A stretch of DNA of 64,000 bases from a virus: IMG/VR virus record IMGVR_UViG_3300024308_000006, positions 931 to 64,930 of that record; one strand, given 5' to 3'. The position numbers were made by a program, and so were the translations under genes. Numbering within the stretch: the stretch's first letter is position 1; every line of letters begins with the position of its first letter. The notes under the pieces were generated by a model, which saw nothing but the letters and a program-made list of their open reading frames with translations, did no database searches and was not told where the DNA came from. Shown one piece after another: positions 12,601 through 18,387 of this stretch.

Positions 12601-15070
12601 TTGCGGCAGCCAGCTTTTGCTGGGTCGCCTCACCAATGCGATCCCACGGTGCGCCGGGCAGGCTCTTGGCAAACACGGGCTTGACGCCCGACTTTTCAGC
12701 CAGCGCTTGGCGCTCGTCGCGGCTCATCGCCTCCCAGCGGGCGCCGTGGTCTACCCCTGCAGGGCTTCCTGCGGCTGTGGTTCCAGCTGCTTCGGCATCA
12801 GCGGTGGGTGCTTGGCCTCCCACTTGCGCTGATTGCGGGCTTGCTTCGACGGCTTGAGCGGCTTGCGGGACATTCTCGGTTCCTTGAGTGGCGCGCTTGG
12901 CCTGCTCCTTCTGCAGCTTGGCGGTGCGCTTGTGGTCGGGGCCGTAGCGGTCGATGGCCTGGGCAATCTCCGCGTCGGTCATCTGCGGGATTTGCTTGGC
13001 GGTGATGGCCTTGATGTCGGCCGGCGCCATGGCATCATCGACCATGCTGCGCGGGCGCTCGCCGGTCTTGCGGTAATTCAAGGTGCTGACCGGATCGGCG
13101 AAGTCAAGCCTGGCGTCAGCTTCAAGCGCAGCAGCCTGGTCGGGGTTCTCGTTCAGCCATTGACGGGCCGCGCCAAGCGATTTCTCGATGTCGTTCAGCT
13201 CTGCACGCAACTTTCCAGCGCGCCCTGCGCGCGCCATGTTCGGCGAAGCCTCGTTTTCAGCAATGGCCTGCTCGATGTCGGCACCATCAGGAATCTGATT
13301 GCGCTGCTTGAAGTCGCTCAGGCGCGAGGCAAGCCAGCCGGATACGGCGGGGTGATCCTGCGGCTTGGCCTGCACCTTCTCGGCGCGCACCTTGGCGATA
13401 CCCTGCTGCAACGGGGTCGGCTGGGAGACTTCCTGCTTGGCGGCCTCAACGGCGGCCGGGGCTTCGGCAGAAATGCTGATTTCCGGCGACTTGCCCATGT
13501 CGGCAATCAGTGAGTCGGTGGCGGCGCGGCTGGCGTCTGCCTCGGTGCCGCCCTGGCTCAATACCTGCCTGGCGGCCTGCTTCGCCTTGCCTGCCGGGGT
13601 ATCCAGCGCGTCAAGCTCTGCGCGGGCTTCGTCGTGGGCCTGAATCAGCTTGTTGTCCCAGCCGCTTATACGGGCCTGCTGCTCGATGTAGGAAATGAGG
13701 GTGGTCAGTTCCTCAGTGCGATCCGGTGCAGACTGGATGATTTCCCCGGTGTTCGTGTCGATCTGCTCGCCAGCCTTGGCGCCCTTCTTGGCTTCTTTCT
13801 GTGCCAGTTCGGCGGCTTGCTGCTCGGCAGCCTGTTGCGCCAGTTGCGCGGAAGCGCCGGTATCCACGGCGGTAGCAGCAGCATCGGACAGCGCGCCGGC
13901 AGCCGGATCAAGCCCCATTTGCTCGGATGGCCTGGCCGGGAAAGGTCGCTCAGTGCGGTACTGCGGCTGCACCTGGCCAGGCGCCATGCCGGCAGCCAGC
14001 GGCTCGGCAGTTGGCGCCTGCGGCTCCGCCACGGGATCAGCGGCCGGAGCGGGATCAGCGGCAGGCTCATCGCCCGCAAGCTCGGTTGGATCTACCACCG
14101 GGGCCGATTGTGAGTCATGGGCAAATGCACCCTCGACCGCGCCGAAGCCACCACCTGCCGCAGCGCCAGCCAAGCCTTCCAGCGCAGCCTGACCGGCAAC
14201 GCCTTGCCAGGTCGGAGTATCAAAGCCTTCGTTCTGCAGGGCGATGTTCGACGCCAGGCGTTCTTGGCCGCCTTGCGCGGCCTCCAGCGGCGCCTCCTTC
14301 GCAGCGCCCAGCAGCGTGGATCGGATCACTCCCTGCGCAGCGGCCTCGCCGGCTTCATTACCCAGCATCCGGCCAACCACTCCTTCAACGCCGGTAGTAC
14401 CTGCTGCAACGCCAAGCCCTGCGCCGAGCGCAATCTGTCCGGCGTTATCGCCGCCGTAAGCCTGCGCCTCTACGGCTCGGGCCTCTGCCTCCTCTGGCGT
14501 GGCGCCGGCATCAAGGTGCTGCTGCTTAACTGCGTCGTAGATGGCGCCTTTAACCGTGCCCGCGCCCTGCGCGGCACCCATTGCACCAGCTACCGGAGCG
14601 CGCAGTTTTCCGCGCGTCAGCGCAGTAGCCGCGATGGTCGGCAATGACGTGCCCAGCGCCTCGACAGTGGTGTCGATGGGCGCCTCGGCAAATGCGCCGA
14701 CGTTCGCCTTCACTTCCTCCCAGGTGCTACCGGAAGCCTCGGCTTTCTTGATCTTCTCAGCGCGCGCGGCGCGCTCTTCGCGGCGGGCCTCCGTCTCGAA
14801 ACCGCGAACATAGTCGGCGGCATCGCCGAGCTTCTGCGAAACCGCATTGCCAGCCCCGGCGGCATTGGCCAGGAGCTGGATGCCGGTAACGGCACCGGAG
14901 CCAGCAGCGACTGCCGTATCGCGCAGGGCGCCGCCAAACCCCTTAGCGGTGTCCGGTGCGTCCTCCATGAAGGAGTCAACTGCGCTTGTTTTCGCGGGAG
15001 TGTCAGAAACCGGCTCGTCCAGAAACTTGTCGATGTCGCTCACTGAGTACGATTCCTTATTGGTAGCCAA
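698..15070 (-). CDS. giant multi-domain 'polyvalent' virion protein (4,790 aa)
   Basis: Single uninterrupted ORF. Its ATG overlaps the upstream virion gene stop by 14 nt. Contains ParB-like, N6-MTase, HExxH, ART-like and PLxRFG motifs (sub-features below), plus a hydrophobic C-terminal region. Confidence 0.85.
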   Translation of the reverse strand: MATNKESYSVSDIDKFLDEPVSDTPAKTSAVDSFMEDAPDTAKGFGGALRDTAVAAGSGAVTGIQLLANAAGAGNAVSQKLGDAADYVRGFETEARREERAARAEKIKKAEASGSTWEEVKANVGAFAEAPIDTTVEALGTSLPTIAATALTRGKLRAPVAGAMGAAQGAGTVKGAIYDAVKQQHLDAGATPEEAEARAVEAQAYGGDNAGQIALGAGLGVAAGTTGVEGVVGRMLGNEAGEAAAQGVIRSTLLGAAKEAPLEAAQGGQERLASNIALQNEGFDTPTWQGVAGQAALEGLAGAAAGGGFGAVEGAFAHDSQSAPVVDPTELAGDEPAADPAPAADPVAEPQAPTAEPLAAGMAPGQVQPQYRTERPFPARPSEQMGLDPAAGALSDAAATAVDTGASAQLAQQAAEQQAAELAQKEAKKGAKAGEQIDTNTGEIIQSAPDRTEELTTLISYIEQQARISGWDNKLIQAHDEARAELDALDTPAGKAKQAARQVLSQGGTEADASRAATDSLIADMGKSPEISISAEAPAAVEAAKQEVSQPTPLQQGIAKVRAEKVQAKPQDHPAVSGWLASRLSDFKQRNQIPDGADIEQAIAENEASPNMARAGRAGKLRAELNDIEKSLGAARQWLNENPDQAAALEADARLDFADPVSTLNYRKTGERPRSMVDDAMAPADIKAITAKQIPQMTDAEIAQAIDRYGPDHKRTAKLQKEQAKRATQGTENVPQAAQAVEASPQSAQVGGQAPTADAEAAGTTAAGSPAGVDHGARWEAMSRDERQALAEKSGVKPVFAKSLPGAPWDRIGEATQQKLAAAMAAEPAVKDPHIERMQENKRLLARPSRELVAQAEAMGIHDADQHSNVESLEARMKARQEHESRDTGGGWYAFHPGSGTVGIPRAEMPQIKAEHRGAMVNFLNARGVQHQESTVPASALRPTQAEFSRDKVAKARDFEGGNRSILISQDGHVLDGHHQWLAAREKGEDVKVISLGAPIRELVKLAHEFPSSTTDSSSEAAPASVKTQAPVTAQTPEQVDERKADEYAAHLRKLGDEFQGSYKGRSLAPLARAMADHAIEQGRRLSDAEITDLGKRFDVPADVVEQLTGNIFTFDALLGAAQRREPGAVALRKRQGQAGGAESAAVGERKKKTDEYGAKNKLVTADRAAELRSKLAAKLNGSQLNSGLDPEILAMGTELAIFHLEASARRFAEFARLMADDLGQPLEKIRPYLRGWYNGARDNMEDQGVSIEGMDNPDEVRKALAELDAAPAAAEAPAQESDAERVARIKATPPEERTDADLDWYVEYRQRNRGQASADQEAAEAAAKAAATSPSLDNYVKDMAPNVAALAIKALNKQIRIDGKAATLREHIEAWHAAGELSVSTSQEPRIKPMSRRDFNRATEAEQRMHEKRMQQAGSKTVYYVNDYDLGKTAHDYAAALVRDELEPAAAGAVANVANGATGATGATGASADAEPATPAARFEQLRSEGHGEMPEVIAFAKVAGATGEKPADVYNRWQSVMGFMAEVEKGTGKDLASLMGRALVKEPYKVDTAYPGSNPPAVSDLASAQRFAERTAKALESFNRDMALYDARTFDAERFGIDEALVKTARDAIQQMRQTAAANERAAEQLVKDAEAKEKADAEAEAQAKRDGYEAADLRELSVKPTAAKVTNWMTGTFQGQTVYSASGHLIDLSGSEPHLKGWAERMDRLRTTINENAVANVVAGSNAGRAAVKLEPLAINDRPDLKDSKQAVFSRKEGEPAVYLNLNYVRYFLSKFKGAEFFAGEPNSRGDYSALQVRLNGELVGILSPISMKEDTRTPAEIRGYMQASGKAEVKPKSVVERAKEVKAESGAAAARFQVVAINERTGAKEYLSFGEPMTQDQAIKFKKRFSEHPARRIQLEAVTDTPAAKPESKRSVMEKAAEAKAQAVADYFAPGNVVPSYGGNFDRVVSYQAPDKDGHWSVTVRAVVKQDGEWIDKPGERERNHSTLPEARELKAGPAGKVEPVEADAAPQMWHTELPQEGIALTKEQREGKADAYRAISGMLATDAVNAITPVQLTNQTPLYLYVLPEASGRNGIARFVPDDQTVPAPWKKADDKPLSYALTREQMIYRTTEALRNQPVLGSVTRATGAGAERPGSRRDPRVVSMLNPYLEGDVVSIDGQDWTVRQDMPGWYLTNTGNWRGQHPTIHGIKDMADLIREVEQAATAQPADAAQDDAAADFPLKEAADSYSGISHSGSARAKADAEEYARYIDDARESGLAVAHTDAQKAAVAQAVADLRVEYLANYRRLMSVRAGTYSGHVAGRSGLNGKQANQRNNAYDRAIETFTAWQSANTHKARKAALDARTEAEKAADQAAADQAREDKAQKERDADLTLMRKILSWKKGGEPVAITKTAVLDGVNKGRDGYPTSIKLKPIDGSTLLDDKFDLAALFRDRKRGESVPESKRRVRELVNAVRAEAATEAAQEAQDQEQAPTKADSKMPLLQAHEDAMEQARDGKIEAEAFRAAFAQVEGNREVILAELNSMNKEKLLRAGGVHFYHRYKSEKKDRVVEALYRSMLDEYALGKSYGPTSYMMTAAGMESHRQAKAQALRDLVAGTDADALSQYAAEVAELRKERESRKEATQKALTDPQTLAEFRSAITYNAERHAETRREAYLRLTPEQRRRYDALEAESTREARDQAKAKQRTKIASAGNTTAGEVIATKHTKHGHDLFVVKLEERVSRDDYDTLNSSAKRMGGSYSSYRGNGAIPGFQFRTREAAEAFRKLVAGDTTAAQEVAQARRDAFEDDRSQSAVERLRTMAAALNERAEEELGRDRKVNTARRARMASAAEGAANANKALAGTMSNIADAIESGKAKFLDLVRQKVQVEFLNAELRNAKDAQIRAKYPSYADQERHRGQPIDDETVDYSAFPTYGGMRSDLAGIARQMIEVDGLKNLGQRLLKVADDVSDAYVEWAKNNLLSVSRFGRGDQLAEFASRDDAERAIRRANLSDRAIVLPLKRGVNRIVLSPSEAMKQGVWQGDDKRIDLSGDFGREIVEAVGRRAGSKIKLPWQLETVHAKRKRLEGMGIYTGSEYRAALREFAELQQAMATPDKIKQMERAMIGRRSDGLDFFPTSEAVVDAMLEAAEIAEGMGVLEPSAGMGHIADAIREKTGVEPDVVELSGERRELLQAKGYHLAGDDFMAMQPRTFYTFGDIFQAPDGTKGIMHGGAAWSGRASLHAINEDGSEGKMLGWYDRDELTGIEQRGSWSGYDRIVMNPPFSKGRDIQHVQHAYSLLKPGGRLVAIMGEGAFFQSNSAAEGFRAWLDDLGATSERLPENSFMDAALPVNTAVNARMVVIDKPATDTSGITADSARRAAVRARVAANNDNRADEDFLQGMLKALYEKTGDGVLEHKLSTWLDSRFQRLEAVDQLYAEYDKAFAGKDEVLFSRQSPVETAGLSQSSVVTGKAPANPLTLDEAIAAAERFLADYNGHIELSYRIRKTQDELYGPGSIAKIGVVKGAYHPGRGLFTLTADHLSSVADTVETLRHELLGHYGLDTFAPADKQALLDKILASKDDPTLKVVWSEISRLYSDKSDSVQAEEVFARLAEGERSGKEKLADLLYSLLTRLLRKVFGYKKGIITRRELLREIEVISKGIRNGSRPRQTFDSEAKQRRGAQTDTEAFRRWFGKSKVVGADGQPLNLYHGTAADFTVFDQGRAGSATGHATSALGIFMSSDRRAAQNYAEKASDGMPGYGRVMDLYASIQNPYLMSVEESQEVESPLEARRLRTRLEQQGYDGIRLKGTPVWIAFNNYQVKSATDNNGDFDEFDPDIRFSRSAVRDFASRATQELNRTFSAPGGLSWWHKTVGTMYNLAQRSPHFKPVFEAAQGFIDDVSHYASDAAELAPKLLPKLETWRDIAKSPVQAKDNKAISAPIFEGTLMWARDEDGKPVRVDSLAERAMGLTAEQKADILVKQGKLSASMLAAWRGQGAEQFAKMVDSRYETQSLKPGIVWTDAELRSMWHLTDGQIELYREFRGATNRSLDTMARADMLRFGGEDVKGLREQVMDAADVKEAGLILRDHLAQLADAQPERAMSLLDTAQGINERVERITQLQAEGYAPLSRFGKYTVDMVGADGERQYFSLFETKREANLMAEQMKAAFPGSTISQGTLSEEAFKLFAGITPETLELFGNAMGLDSSGDSERDKVFQDYLKLTKTNRSAMKRLIHRQGIAGYSEDVGRVLASFVYSNARQTAAGLNMGDLSEAVNAIPQGQGELKDAAVRLADYIKNPQEEAQALRGLLFAQYLGGSVASAFVNMTQPVAVTFPWLSQYGGAKQAAGELSKAAKQMATKGYRYEADLAKALHLAEEDGTVSPQEVHQLMAQASGTGGLRAGDGTRAGDARALASNSLARLSLAWGKMFGAAEEVNRRMTFIAAYRIAKAQGNADPAAFARLAVRETQFIYSKASKMRWGRGAVGSTLMTFKTYSVAYLELMGRLWNQGEAGSQERKDGRKAALLMIATLMLLGGAGGLPFAEDAEDLIDGMAQLAGYNFSTQKAKEQFLIDVFGDDIARFIDKGVTGLPGAPLDVSGRLGMGNLIPGTGLLQQRDDHSRDVLEIAGPAGDLVKRMISGAHKAASGDLAGGLLEVSPTAVRNLAKGADMAATDMYRDDKGYKVLDTNTLEAALKAVGFQPQSVASIQEANWLGQRSKAFYNMRAQEIRALWAQGVFEKDPAKVQDARAAVADWNAKNPDQPMRISVPDVMRRVREMGKSKDQRIADTAPRAMRQQLREDFARVRATIEE
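2714..2755 (-). other. PLxRFG motif inside the giant protein
   Basis: Translation reads EGYAPLSRFGKYTV. This motif is characteristic of large polyvalent phage and conjugative-element proteins. Confidence 0.6.
3600..4060 (-). other. ADP-ribosyltransferase-like (ART-PolyVal-type) module of the giant protein
   Basis: FRRWFGKSKVVGADGQPLNLYHGTAADFTVFD...ALGIFMSSDRRAAQNYAEK...GIRLKG...NYQVKSA. Family assignment is from memory of the YHGT/F.S pattern, not a search. Confidence 0.5.
4200..4645 (-). other. zincin-like HExxH metallopeptidase module of the giant protein
   Basis: ETLRHELLGHYGLDTF (HExxH). Coincides with a local GC drop (about 52% versus about 65% in the flanks). Confidence 0.55.
5030..5735 (-). 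other. SAM-dependent N6-adenine DNA methyltransferase module of the giant protein
   Basis: Motif I VLEPSAGMGHIAD and motif IV IVMNPPF, followed by LLKPGGRLVAIMGEG. Confidence 0.75.
10657..10710. repeat. 9-bp tandem repeat x6 (TTGCGCCAG-like) inside the giant gene
   Basis: ttgcgccag x3, then ttgcgccat, ttgcgacat, ttgcgacag. Encodes ...VANVANGATGATGATGAS... in a linker region. Confidence 0.9.
12038..12365 (-). other. ParB/Srx-like nuclease-fold module of the giant protein
   Basis: PRAEMPQIKAEHRGAMVNFLNARGV...LRPTQAEFSRDKV...ILISQDGHVLDGHHQWLAAREKG... Confidence 0.7.
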
Positions 15071-17621
15071 GGGCGCGCAACTGCTTTGCGCGCTCGTCGC
15101 GGGAGAGGTTCTGGTTGTTCTTGATGGCTAGCGCCTGCGGGTTCTGCTCGATAGGCGGCAACGCGGCGCTCTGCCCGATGATCTGGCCGTTGGCACGATT
15201 GAACACGGCATCGCCTCGGTTTGTGACCATGCCGGTGATGGGATCAACTTCGGTGCCCAGGCTGACAGTGCCGTACTGATCGGGCTTGTCCTTTCCGGTC
15301 AACACGCGCAACTGCTCGGCAATCGCCGCGCGATCCTCTGGAGCCGCCTTGTCGTACTGCTCGTATAGTTTTTCCAGGCGCTGCGCCGAGCGCGCCGCAA
15401 AGCCCTTGCTTTCCAGTTCGGCGGCGGTGCGCTGCTGATCCAGGGCGTTGCTCTGCGCGAAGCGCTGATTGGCGCCCGCTTCGGTGATGGCGACACGGCC
15501 ATCCGCGCCTTCCTGCTGTATCCGCTCGCGGGCCAGGTCAGTAGCGTTGCGGTCGCTCGACTCCTGCAGTCCGGCCAGGGTGCGCAACTGGTTCGCGGTA
15601 AGCTGGCCGCCCGGAGAGCCACGGTATGGCGTGCTGGCGGCAGCGATTGCAGCTCGACCGGCTTCGCCGTCACGCGAACTGTCACGCACTACGGTCACGC
15701 CGCCAGGCCGGAAGCCCTGCGCTCCGGCTTCGCGCGTGCCCTGCATGATTTCCGCAGCGCGCAGGTTGCGCTCCATGCCTTCCTGGCCACCACTGGCCAC
15801 GCTGAACGTGCCGCCGCGATTGGGCATATCCAGTTGCCCACTGGCGCCAGCGACAGCCTGTGCCTCGTTGGTGAAGCTGTACTGGCCGTTCTCGTCCTTC
15901 TTGCCGACGATGCCGCCAATGCCGGTCTGCTGATAGCCGTTACCCTGCGGAGCCTGGGCTTGGGCTGGGGCGGGCGCAGCCTCGCCCTGTACGACCTGCG
16001 GCGCCGCAGGCTTGGCCGCGACTGGCTCGCTGCTGCCCGGCTGCTGCACTGGTGCCGCCACGGCGGCGCCTGGCGCCTGCTCGCCCTGCATGTCTCGGTA
16101 CAGCAGGTTGCCGGCCGCGCCCATAGTCAGGCTGTTGCCCAGGTCACTGGCGAAGCCCAGGCCGCGCAGCGCGGCGAACTTTAAAATGTCGCCCGCCGAA
16201 CCATCGCCGGTCGGCTCATCCATGCCGAAGCGCTGGGCGTAGCGCGCTGTAGAATCGTCGGCAGCAGACTCGGCCAGCGCCGGAACAATGGCCAGGGCGC
16301 CAACGCCCTTGCCGGCCGCGCCGTTGACCGCCGCCCTGCCGCGACCAGGCGCCTTCTCCGGCGCGGCCGGCTGATTCTTGGCGGCCTCAAAGCGCGCATC
16401 TTGGGCGGCGCGGTCAGCCTCGAAGGCGGCCGTATCACGCGCGGCACGGGCCTTGACCTCGGCGCGAGCGCGATAGTCCGGCTCAGGGCGAGCGGACGCC
16501 TTCGGCGCTTCTGTATCTGGCGCGCCAGCGGTCGGCTGATTGACCGGCACCAGCGAAGTTCCGGTAACGGGGCCGGCGGGCACTACGGCGCGCGAGGAAG
16601 ACGGCGAGAAGCCGCGCCCTGTTTCGCCACGGGAATTGGTGTGGAAGTCAGCCTGCGAAGCGCCGCCCGGCGCAGCGCCGGCCGGGCTTGGCTGGCGAGT
16701 CGTGGCTACTTCGGTGCCCGTGACCGGGCCGGCCGGCACCAAAGCGCGAGACTGCGACGGCAGCACACGGGTAGCGGTGCCCTGTCCATCGACATAGATA
16801 GGGGTCGGGCGCGGGGTGACTTTGCGCTGCGGAGTGTTGTTGCGGCCAAGTTCGTCTGGATCAATCCTACTGTAGACGGGGCCGCCGTCGGCAAACGACT
16901 GCTCGCTTGGTGTGTACTGATCGGCGGCGGCTCCAAAGGCGGCACTGCCGGCGGTGGCAGCGGCAGTCTTTCCAGCTGAGGGCACGAAGCCGGCCGCCGT
17001 TTTAAGGGTGGGCGCTACTGCGCGCATTGCGCCGAACACGGGGATCGCTTGCGCAGCAGCCAGCCCCATTCCCGCGACATCCCCTTGACCTGCGGCGTCG
17101 TGCATCGCGCCAATGGCCGAGCCGAGGCTGGTTACGGGATTGAGCGCTCGACCGACGCGCTGCATGGTAGACGGGCTTCCGGCCTCAAACTGAGCGTTGT
17201 CGCTCGACCAATACCCGCCTACGCTGTCGCTGAACTCCTGTACTGCGCCGCCATCAGCAAAGAACAGTTCCGGCTTGCCCTGCTCATTGCCGCGAGGCTG
17301 GAAGCCCTTGACTCCCTGCTGCTGCGCTGCCGGCACATGCGTAGCGTTCTTCATGGCATCCAGGGTCTGCACGCCCACTGCATGCACCTGCTCCGGCGAC
17401 ATGAGCTGTTCGCCGTTGCTCAGGTTCACATCGACCGGGGCGCCCATGCCCTGCAGTTGTTCGGCGCCGATCTGCGCGGTGGAGTCGGCCGGCATCACAT
17501 AGCTGCCCTCGGCCACCGTGGCCTTCACGTCGTCGGAAGTGCCGGTGCCCGGCCCTTGGATAGTCCCGCTCTTGATCGAGCGGGGAGCCTTGGGCTTGGA
17601 GCCCGCCTTGAATCCGCGCAT
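15057..17621 (-). CDS. 854-aa Gly/Ala/Pro-rich virion protein (possible internal/ejection protein)
   Basis: ORF-track ORF with a low-complexity A/G/P/Q-rich sequence. Translationally coupled to the giant gene. The function is inferred from position only. Confidence 0.55.
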   Translation of the reverse strand: MRGFKAGSKPKAPRSIKSGTIQGPGTGTSDDVKATVAEGSYVMPADSTAQIGAEQLQGMGAPVDVNLSNGEQLMSPEQVHAVGVQTLDAMKNATHVPAAQQQGVKGFQPRGNEQGKPELFFADGGAVQEFSDSVGGYWSSDNAQFEAGSPSTMQRVGRALNPVTSLGSAIGAMHDAAGQGDVAGMGLAAAQAIPVFGAMRAVAPTLKTAAGFVPSAGKTAAATAGSAAFGAAADQYTPSEQSFADGGPVYSRIDPDELGRNNTPQRKVTPRPTPIYVDGQGTATRVLPSQSRALVPAGPVTGTEVATTRQPSPAGAAPGGASQADFHTNSRGETGRGFSPSSSRAVVPAGPVTGTSLVPVNQPTAGAPDTEAPKASARPEPDYRARAEVKARAARDTAAFEADRAAQDARFEAAKNQPAAPEKAPGRGRAAVNGAAGKGVGALAIVPALAESAADDSTARYAQRFGMDEPTGDGSAGDILKFAALRGLGFASDLGNSLTMGAAGNLLYRDMQGEQAPGAAVAAPVQQPGSSEPVAAKPAAPQVVQGEAAPAPAQAQAPQGNGYQQTGIGGIVGKKDENGQYSFTNEAQAVAGASGQLDMPNRGGTFSVASGGQEGMERNLRAAEIMQGTREAGAQGFRPGGVTVVRDSSRDGEAGRAAIAAASTPYRGSPGGQLTANQLRTLAGLQESSDRNATDLARERIQQEGADGRVAITEAGANQRFAQSNALDQQRTAAELESKGFAARSAQRLEKLYEQYDKAAPEDRAAIAEQLRVLTGKDKPDQYGTVSLGTEVDPITGMVTNRGDAVFNRANGQIIGQSAALPPIEQNPQALAIKNNQNLSRDERAKQLRALGYQ

Positions 17622-17688
17622 TGGGGTGCCCCTGAATGAGAAACGGCCTGATGCGGACGCATGTTCCGAATCAGGCCGATCAGGGGCC

Positions 17689-17704
17689 AGCCCTACAGGG
17701 GTGG
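17689..17704 (-). promoter_or_regulatory. late intergenic palindromic motif, copy 2 (minus strand CCACCCCTGTAGGGCT)
   Basis: Lies 68 nt upstream of the ATG of the 854-aa gene, in the divergent gap shared with the plus-strand moron. Confidence 0.4.
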
Positions 17705-17794
17705 CGGGTCAGCGGTGACAGCTCGCACCTTTACCAGGCGATAAAAACTGGCACTATGCTGCTCTAGGGAACGACCACTACAAAGGAACCAGGT

Positions 17795-18385
17795 ATGAAG
17801 CCTCTCATCCTTGCCGCGCTGGCGGTGCTGCTGCCCTGCTCTGCCAGCGCCCAGGTGTTCAAGTGCGTAGAAGCCAACGGCAAGACGACCTATTCCGACA
17901 ACGGCTGCGCCGCTGGTCACAAGACCTCGACGCTGGCGATCACCCCCACCAAGGTCAGCGCCAGCGAAGTCGTCCCGTATCAAATCCCGCCTGCCTACTA
18001 CGCGCCGCCCGAACCACGCCAGCCGCAAGGTGGTACGCGCGTCACTATCGTCGGCGATAGCAGCAGCGAGGAAAGTGAGCGCAACAGACTCTGCCGTGAG
18101 GCCTCCACGCCGCACAAAGGCTCTCGCGGGCTTACCGCCGCCCAGCTCTCGGCTGCTGCAAGCATCTGCGCTGGCGTAGATGCCCCCGCGCCCAGCCACG
18201 CACCCGCCCAGCCCAGCAGCATACCGGCAGCGCCCGCCGCGCCCGCGCAGATAGTCAACTGCGACCCGGCCGGCTGCTGGGACACCAACGGCGGCCGCTA
18301 CAACCGGGGGGCCGGCGCCACCCACTTTCCCGCAGCGGGCGGCCCGGCCTGCCAGTTGATAAACGGGCAAATGATCTGCCCCTAG
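17795..18385 (+). CDS. secreted DUF4124-like protein (moron, opposite strand to the late operon)
   Basis: Signal peptide MKPLILAALAVLLPCSASA, then QVFKCVEANGKTTYSDNGC (DUF4124-type N-terminus) and a Cys-rich C-terminus. SD AAAGGAA. Weak TTTACC-N17-ACTATG promoter upstream. Confidence 0.75.
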   Translation: MKPLILAALAVLLPCSASAQVFKCVEANGKTTYSDNGCAAGHKTSTLAITPTKVSASEVVPYQIPPAYYAPPEPRQPQGGTRVTIVGDSSSEESERNRLCREASTPHKGSRGLTAAQLSAAASICAGVDAPAPSHAPAQPSSIPAAPAAPAQIVNCDPAGCWDTNGGRYNRGAGATHFPAAGGPACQLINGQMICP

Positions 18386-18387
18386 CC

